A DNA stretch of 64,000 nt. Source: Aureliella sp. (GTDB taxonomy: Bacteria; Planctomycetota; Planctomycetia; Pirellulales; Pirellulaceae). The number at the start of each line of letters is the position of its first letter. Position 1 is the first letter of the stretch. A program made the position numbers and the translations under genes. Below are positions 57,763 to 64,000 of the stretch, piece by piece. The notes beneath the pieces were generated by a model. The model saw only the letters and a program-made list of their open reading frames with translations. It ran no database searches and had not been told where the DNA came from. The DNA is taken from assembly GCA_963691875.1 (NCBI GenBank), contig OY829846.1, positions 1,760,001-1,824,000 on the forward strand, read 5' to 3'.

Positions 57763-60690
57763 ATGTACGAAGAGATCTTTCGCTCCAAAGCTCGCCCCTT
57801 TCGTGCCACTCCGGACGCCAATTTTTACTTTGCGCACAATAGCATCGAAGCAGCTCGTCAAGCGACTCTGCAAGCAGTTGCACGCGCCGCAGGTCCAGCA
57901 CTGATTTTGGGGGGAGCCGGCTTGGGCAAGAGTATGCTTTGCCGAGTGCTGGCACAAGATCTCAATACGAACTATGACATCGTCAACCTCGTATCAGCCC
58001 GGCTCAGCTCACGCGAAGAATTGCTCCAAGGAATTCTTTTCGAACTTCAACTACCCTACAAGCAGCTTTCGGAGGGCGAACTACGACTTGCGATTCTCGA
58101 TCACCTGCAACCGGAATCGAGCAAAGCTTCCGAAGGCATTGTCATCCTGGTCGATGAAGCTCAATACCTCTCACTCGATTTGCTCGATGAACTGCGACTG
58201 ATCTCCAATTTCACCCGTGACAATCAACCTCGTGCACAGGTCGTATTGTTCGGCAACATGCTGCTCGAAGAGACTTTCTCCAATCCTGAAATGGAGTCTT
58301 TCAATCAACGCTTGGCTGCTCGCTGCTATCTTGCTCCCATGACTCCTGGCGAAACCCGAGCGTATGTTGAGCATCAATTGACGCGTGCTAGCGTACCGGT
58401 CGAACACTTTATGGATCAAGCTGCACTTGATTCAATCTTTGTTGGCAGCGAAGGCGTGCCACGTGTTGCGAACCAACTGCTGGACCACGCCATGCTATTA
58501 GCGGCTTCCCAAGGCGATGGAATCATCACAGGTCGCACGATAGAAGAAGCCTGGTCCGATCTACAACAACTACCAGTTCCATGGCAATCAAAGGGGTACG
58601 CCGATTCGCAGGAAGATCCGGCGGCTACGGCGCAGGATGTACAAACATCCGAAGTTGAAACTGAGTCGATAGAGCCTGCGAACTCAGCTATCGAGGGGCT
58701 GCTCGACAAAACCGCAGAATCAAACGCTCCCGAAAGTAACAACACCTTTGTTGAACTGCCTGATCTAGATGTCTTGGCGGACGAGATCGCCAACGCTCAA
58801 CGCGTTTCTTACGAAGTCGAGTTTGGGCAGCTTGAGGATGAACTGCAAGAGGAGACTCAGGCTGAGATTGCAAACGATAGTGCCGAAGAGAACTATGAAG
58901 AAATCATCGGAGTTGGCTTGCAAACACCAGAGGCTAGCGTTTCGGGCTACGAACTAAGTTGTCAGATTGAGGTCATCGACGCTGCCGCAATTACCTTCGA
59001 CTTGAATGAAGAGGGCTTAGAGAACGCGGATAGAGAGAACGCGAATAGTTCCGCGATTCCCACGGAGCTTGGCGAGCCTACTTTGGTGGACTCAGATGCT
59101 TCGGAAACTTTACGGGAACAAGAAACAGTGGAAGAATCGCCAAACTTCTTCGCGGCCTTCAATCCGCCGGAGGAAGGCGAGCTACCGAAATCCATTCAAC
59201 ACGCCCTGGAACAGCCGATTGCCGAACAGCAATCCTTGTCTGAGACGGCAGATTCAATCGTTGCCTCGGATGATATAACTTCGGATGTGGAAGATGTTGA
59301 TGAACCGGCTGTGCTGCCAGTCGACAGTTTCTTCAGCGAGCGACCTACCGATGAAAAGATGATCGCTTTCGAACAGGAACAAGCCGAGTTCCAATCGATG
59401 GGTGTCTGGGAGAACGACCCTCCAAGCGTGCCAAGGCAGGTCAATCTACAAATTCCGCGAAACACCAGCGATGCTCTAATGGATGCCTTCGATCGCAAGC
59501 TTAGCGGAGCGGACAACGTCGAGCGGGAAGAGGAAGTGAACTTGCAGCCTGCAACGGCATACGCGACACCAAATGAAACTCACACGGCAGACGTTCCCGC
59601 TGCCACTGCTTCGGCCGAAAGTCTGTTTGGATCAGACTTCGACGAAGAACTAAGTCTGGAGGAACTAGCCCAGTCTCCGTCCACGATTGCCAGTACCCTC
59701 GAGGCAACGTCCTCCTTCAGTACCACGACCGATGACGCTGAAGTCCTTCCGCTGGCAAGTACACCGGAAACGGCAAAAGTGACTGACGACGCGTTACAAA
59801 CTGCGGTAGCGGAAGTCAGCCAGACTTTCGAAAAGAGTGACGACTCTTCGGAGACAAGCGAAGTTTGCAATAAAATGGCAGAAGAACCAGCCACCGCAAC
59901 CGAACCAGCGCTCGAAGCTTCCGAAAGCTCTGAGGAAACGATTGAAGCCTTCGGAATTGATACCGCATTTGTCTCGAGCACTTTCGACGGCGACTGGAAT
60001 ATCGAAGTGGCGAATGAAAAGCAATTGGCCGAGTTTTCTCAGGCGGAAGAGGCATCGACAGAGGATTCATCCACGCGTGAGCCCGAGATCCAAGTCGGTA
60101 AAGAACTCTCCGCCGATTCCAGTAGATTATCAGAGTTGGCTGAAAGTCAGACGCCGAGTTTCGTTCCGGGCATCATGGCTGGTAGCAACAATACTTCGCC
60201 AGTCCACGAAGAGATCATCAAGTCCATTCCTGAGCCACAAGCTCCGACTCCCCAAGCAGCTCCAACAGATCTCGCACCCATCTCTGACCAAGATGACTCC
60301 TGGTCGACGGATGTAGTGCCCGTCGACACCGCTCGCGAACTGGAATTACAGAACGAAATCGGGGAGATGCTGGAACAATTGAACTTCCGTGGTGTCGGTG
60401 GGTTCTCGGAAGAACAGATTTCGTCACAGCCACAGTTCAACGCAGGAAACACGGCGGAAGAGCTGACAGCAGCGACAAACAACGCAGGCCAATACGGCGA
60501 ACAGATTTTGCAGGCGGAAAGCGCGGCTGAGGAGTTGTTCGCTGACCGAACTTCGATGTACGACGATGATCGAGACATGTTGGTAATCGAAGAAGAGGTA
60601 GTTCGACCGGTCACAACGACAGCAGTAGGAACCAAGAAGACGTCGCGTACCAAGTCCTATTCACAGTTGTTTGCGAAGCTGCGACAGTAA
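57763..60690 (+). CDS. ExeA/GspA-family AAA ATPase with a long acidic disordered C-terminal region
   Basis: PFRATPD, GGAGLGKS, LVDEAQ, QRL, GVPRVAN; about 700-aa Glu/Asp/Ser/Ala-rich tail. Confidence 0.88.
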   Translation: MYEEIFRSKARPFRATPDANFYFAHNSIEAARQATLQAVARAAGPALILGGAGLGKSMLCRVLAQDLNTNYDIVNLVSARLSSREELLQGILFELQLPYKQLSEGELRLAILDHLQPESSKASEGIVILVDEAQYLSLDLLDELRLISNFTRDNQPRAQVVLFGNMLLEETFSNPEMESFNQRLAARCYLAPMTPGETRAYVEHQLTRASVPVEHFMDQAALDSIFVGSEGVPRVANQLLDHAMLLAASQGDGIITGRTIEEAWSDLQQLPVPWQSKGYADSQEDPAATAQDVQTSEVETESIEPANSAIEGLLDKTAESNAPESNNTFVELPDLDVLADEIANAQRVSYEVEFGQLEDELQEETQAEIANDSAEENYEEIIGVGLQTPEASVSGYELSCQIEVIDAAAITFDLNEEGLENADRENANSSAIPTELGEPTLVDSDASETLREQETVEESPNFFAAFNPPEEGELPKSIQHALEQPIAEQQSLSETADSIVASDDITSDVEDVDEPAVLPVDSFFSERPTDEKMIAFEQEQAEFQSMGVWENDPPSVPRQVNLQIPRNTSDALMDAFDRKLSGADNVEREEEVNLQPATAYATPNETHTADVPAATASAESLFGSDFDEELSLEELAQSPSTIASTLEATSSFSTTTDDAEVLPLASTPETAKVTDDALQTAVAEVSQTFEKSDDSSETSEVCNKMAEEPATATEPALEASESSEETIEAFGIDTAFVSSTFDGDWNIEVANEKQLAEFSQAEEASTEDSSTREPEIQVGKELSADSSRLSELAESQTPSFVPGIMAGSNNTSPVHEEIIKSIPEPQAPTPQAAPTDLAPISDQDDSWSTDVVPVDTARELELQNEIGEMLEQLNFRGVGGFSEEQISSQPQFNAGNTAEELTAATNNAGQYGEQILQAESAAEELFADRTSMYDDDRDMLVIEEEVVRPVTTTAVGTKKTSRTKSYSQLFAKLRQ

Positions 60691-60874
60691 AACACCGTCT
60701 AGTTAGGCGATGTTCAACAGCCAGCGACCACCGGTATACCGGTGCAGCGAGAAAAACCAATACAAGCACGACGGTTGATTCGCAATTGAAAACGAGTGAG
60801 GACTCTTCAGCATGCAATGAATCAACAGAGCCTAGGGTCCAAGGACGACGGGCAGGATATGGGGTGACACTCCG

Positions 60875-61444
60875 ATGCAAAAGCTAACAGATTTCAGTTG
60901 GTCTGATGCCATCGTGCGAGAAGCACGCGAGACCGAATCTCTGACGGTTGGAATTACGAATGCCTCGCGAACCCCAAGCGACAGAAGAACGCTCTTCGAG
61001 CTCTTGGCCGCACTGTCTGAGCGTATCAAAACGCAGAAGCTAAGCCGACAAGTGCTCTGTGTTCATCTGTCCTGCGAGGAGGAGAGCGAAGACAGTCAGA
61101 CTCGCGTTCCTACCCTGCAACGTAGCGTTGTCGGTAATTGGTCGAACGTCACAATCCCAGTTTCCAAAACTGATGAGAAAACCTGGGAGGAAGATCAGCT
61201 GTCGAGTTGGCTTACCCTATGGAAAGAGGCTTTCCCGATTATCTTGATCGACCTCGGAGCCATCGACTCCTCTGCCTCGCGTGAGATCGGTCGTCTCACC
61301 GATGCCAACTATCTCCTTCTGGGGCCGCAAGGTTGCGGATCGTTGCAATGGATTCTCCACCAGGTTGGCCGGCACCAGCAGCACGCCTCAAGCATCTGCG
61401 CCACGCTCGTCGCCAATCCCGCGCTCGTCACCGAAGCAGCGTAG
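60875..61444 (+). CDS. Hypothetical protein, possibly a degenerate MinD/BY-kinase-like P-loop fold
   Basis: FPIILIDLG...GRLTDANYLLL resembles the Walker-B region of that fold; no Walker A. Confidence 0.6.
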   Translation: MQKLTDFSWSDAIVREARETESLTVGITNASRTPSDRRTLFELLAALSERIKTQKLSRQVLCVHLSCEEESEDSQTRVPTLQRSVVGNWSNVTIPVSKTDEKTWEEDQLSSWLTLWKEAFPIILIDLGAIDSSASREIGRLTDANYLLLGPQGCGSLQWILHQVGRHQQHASSICATLVANPALVTEAA

Positions 61445-61558
61445 ATCCCACGCGGCGTCGTGCTCGTATCGTGAGCGGGTTTATCATAGCGCCGGTCTCT
61501 TGGACCGCCGTGTGGGTCAGGTGAGGCCATGATTCCAAATCCAGGCGTCAACCTGCAC

Positions 61559-61595
61559 AAAAAAAAAATGCCTCGAGAATGATCCCGAGGCTTTT
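61559..61595. terminator. Bidirectional terminator between convergent genes
   Basis: A10 tract, GCCTCG...CGAGGC stem, then TTTT. Confidence 0.75.
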
Positions 61596-61621
61596 CAATT
61601 CAATCGTGTGGCCATGTCAGC

Positions 61622-62272
61622 TTATTTGCGGCGACGTCGCACAGCTGCAACAGCTCCGACGAGCAATCCCCAAGTCGCAAAGCTGGTAGGCTCTGGAACC
61701 ACTCCACTTGAAGTCTCAAATTCGAGAACTGAAGCGCCATCGGCCGGGTTACCGGACCCAGTGAACCCAAAGACGAAATTACTAAATGACGAGGAAAAAC
61801 GGCCCCCTGTCGCAAACTGCCCACCCGCCGCGGCATTTAGCGCTGCAATACCTGCTGCATCGAATTCCACGGTAACGGTTGTGCCCTGATCCGCAGGCAT
61901 CACTAGTTTTGTTGCATAAGTGACCCCTGACCCGAAATCATTGAACGCTCCTAAACCTCCCGTCCCGTTAACAATGCTCGCAATTGAAGTGCTGACATCG
62001 AAAACAGTGTATAGGCCGTTTGCGCTGGAGGGACCACCGTTCGAAGGATTGAACAGCTTAAGACGAGCCGACGTGATTGTATCAGTGACCGAACTTAGGT
62101 CAAAGACGAAGAAGTTCCTATGGCCGTCACTGATACCAGCAAAATAATTGGCGTTGCTCGGGTTGTGGAATCCTGAGTTGTTATACCATCCACGCTCGGA
62201 TGACGTTAAGACTCCAGCTTGCAAACTGGACGCAAAGGAAATCAGGATAGCAAAACACAATATTCGTTTCAT
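61622..62272 (-). CDS. PEP-CTERM sorting domain protein
   Basis: Signal peptide MKRILCFAILISFASSLQAG; C-terminal VPEPTSFATWGLLVGAVAAVRRRRK. Confidence 0.93.
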   Translation of the reverse strand: MKRILCFAILISFASSLQAGVLTSSERGWYNNSGFHNPSNANYFAGISDGHRNFFVFDLSSVTDTITSARLKLFNPSNGGPSSANGLYTVFDVSTSIASIVNGTGGLGAFNDFGSGVTYATKLVMPADQGTTVTVEFDAAGIAALNAAAGGQFATGGRFSSSFSNFVFGFTGSGNPADGASVLEFETSSGVVPEPTSFATWGLLVGAVAAVRRRRK

Positions 62273-62312
62273 TCTTCGAAAGCTCCCAGGGTGCGAAACG
62301 ATAAGACAGGGG

Positions 62313-62625
62313 CAGATCGGTACAACGTACCGATAAACCGCCCCACACCGGAAGATCTTACCGATCCAATGCAGTTTCGCAACGGATCTGCACAGGCGGG
62401 CATGAAATTCACTCAAGAAATCGGTACATAGTACCGAAAGGCCCGGTTCGCGTCGGAAACTTCTGCCGAACCAGTGACGTTTCGAAACGAACCTGCAGCG
62501 GTCGACACGGAATTCACAAGACAGATCGGTACGACGTACCGAGAGATCCTACCGCGTGGAGATACGTTTTACCGAACCAATGCAGTATCGCAACGAATCT
62601 GCACTAGGGGCCCGAAATTCACTAA
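62313..62625. repeat. Three degenerate ~104-bp tandem units with conserved palindromes
   Basis: ATCGGTAC-N3-GTACCGA starts at 62316, 62420 and 62525; each is followed by a CCGAwCCArTG...CGmAACGrAyCTGCA block and GrAATTCAC. Confidence 0.92.
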
Positions 62626-62642
62626 AGACAGAGAAAGAGCTA

Positions 62643-63716
62643 CTAGAGCCGGAAGTCGCCATCTTTCAGAATGTACTTCTGCCCTGCCCAATCGTTCTGA
62701 GCATAGAAAACCAGACTCTTCGAGGTTATTGGAGTCATGAGTGCTTGATAAACGTGATAGTCAACCTGCTCTGATATCCCGATTGTAGAACCGTCTAGCA
62801 TGGAGACGTTTACGATTCCAGTGTGGTTGGACGAGGGGCGGCCGCATTCCCATCGATCACTTAGAATATCCGCTACCTTTTTCTGACCGTTCACCCGATT
62901 CATCCGCAGAACGTCTGGAATCGCTGTATCAGGGCCAAGTATTCCAGGAGCCTCACGATTAAGCCATACCACTCCGATGTTCCATTTCGCAGCTGGCGTA
63001 GGAATGGTACCAGTTGTTGGAAATCCCCATGAATTAACTTGGAGATTCTCCGTCAAACATATCGTCGCCGACAATCCATCCTTAATGCGGTCAGCGGTTA
63101 TCTTTCCATTGGGGTTAGCACCGTAAGTCGGGAGTGCACCCGTCGGCCCAGCATTAAGGAATCGGCGAAGGCGATTCACGAATACCGTATTCTCTACACC
63201 CTGAACGGCAATTTCTTGAGCCAACGGTAATCCGGTAAAATCCAAACCGGGATAATAACCAGCATTGCATCCATAGGAATTCTTTGCAAACTCCTCGCCG
63301 TCACCCGCTTCGCTTGGGCACAAAAATGTACTCACTTGCGGAAACATATTCGGTGAAAGTTCGGCCCCTAGTTCCCATTCTGAAAATGTGCCCGAATCAT
63401 CCCATCTATCTCGCAAAGGCTGTTGTTCTATCTCGGGCATGATGGCGACATGCCAGGAACCAATCTTGGCGAACGGCCCAGAAGCATTCGTAAACGAGCC
63501 AAACTCCTCCTGGTAGCCCGGGTACCGTTTCTTGCTAGTCTCAAAATTGGTTACGCCCATTCCAAGCTGGCGTACGTTGTTGCTGCACTGGATTCTTCGA
63601 GCGGCCTCACGAGCCATCTGAACCGCCGGTACTAGGAGGCCAACTAGTATTCCGATGATAGCGATCACCACTAACAATTCTACTAGCGTAAAGCCTAAGC
63701 GATGAGATCTACGCAT
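62643..63716 (-). CDS. DUF1559 prepilin-type N-terminal cleavage/methylation domain protein
   Basis: GFTLVELLVVIAIIGILVGLLVPAVQMAREAARR.QC.NN, FLCPS, H-X9-DG motif (HTGIVNVSMLDG). Confidence 0.95.
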   Translation of the reverse strand: MRRSHRLGFTLVELLVVIAIIGILVGLLVPAVQMAREAARRIQCSNNVRQLGMGVTNFETSKKRYPGYQEEFGSFTNASGPFAKIGSWHVAIMPEIEQQPLRDRWDDSGTFSEWELGAELSPNMFPQVSTFLCPSEAGDGEEFAKNSYGCNAGYYPGLDFTGLPLAQEIAVQGVENTVFVNRLRRFLNAGPTGALPTYGANPNGKITADRIKDGLSATICLTENLQVNSWGFPTTGTIPTPAAKWNIGVVWLNREAPGILGPDTAIPDVLRMNRVNGQKKVADILSDRWECGRPSSNHTGIVNVSMLDGSTIGISEQVDYHVYQALMTPITSKSLVFYAQNDWAGQKYILKDGDFRL

Positions 63717-64000
63717 ATATGTCCCCTAGCGTATCCAAGAGAAGATGAAGAGAAATAACAGACTCCCCATTCGATATTCTCGCAGAACTAAGCTAGCTAG
63801 TCCAGTTAATCCCACAAGCCATCTATCGCTTCAGGCAATGTTTTCCTCAGTTCTTCATATTCAAGGGCACATGTTCTCCCCTTGTTTAAGCGGAGGCCTT
63901 TCAGCCCAGCTTCCCACATCAAACGTGGCATTTTGTCCGGTCTTCGAAAAGCCCTGAGTGTTGATCTTGAATTGTAACTACAGTAGGGAAACACTTGTTT

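Noticed and set aside
62313..62625. Triple repeat as a CRISPR array or as coding sequence (ORFs 62219..62431, 62474..62740, and the 5' extension of the PEP-CTERM ORF to 62416)
   Set aside because: Only three degenerate multi-block units; the first spacing (104 bp) is not a multiple of 3; the PEP-CTERM signal peptide starts at 62272.

Overview
This is a 64-kb chromosomal segment from a planctomycete, probably Pirellulaceae. The assignment is inferred from a DUF1559 prepilin-like gene, a BBP7-type beta-barrel, a TPR/FG-GAP/ASPIC protein, PQQ-like propellers and a kinase-tubulin fusion. About 45 CDSs are supported. Housekeeping genes include fabI, rpiB, skp-lpxC-lpxA, glcF, csrA, rhaB and trpF. 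There are two tRNAs: Ser-GGA (atypical) and Glu-CTC. No intact mobile element or CRISPR array was seen. The most notable observations are: (1) three helically phased ~104-bp units, each carrying the palindrome TCGGTAC-N3-GTACCGA, upstream of a PEP-CTERM gene; (2) an AAA ATPase next to a Ser/Thr kinase-tubulin-like fusion, divergent from an FHA-EAL gene lacking the catalytic Glu; (3) a membrane-anchored DUF2760 plus two atypical Hsp70s in one operon; (4) a decayed, divergent EF-Tu remnant hidden in an intergenic region; (5) a GNRA-capped structured RNA candidate abutting the atypical tRNA-Ser; (6) two parS-like sites next to a DUF1015 gene; (7) a beta-lactamase-like/PG-binding/DD-carboxypeptidase fusion. 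All family assignments come from motif recognition by eye, not from database searches.
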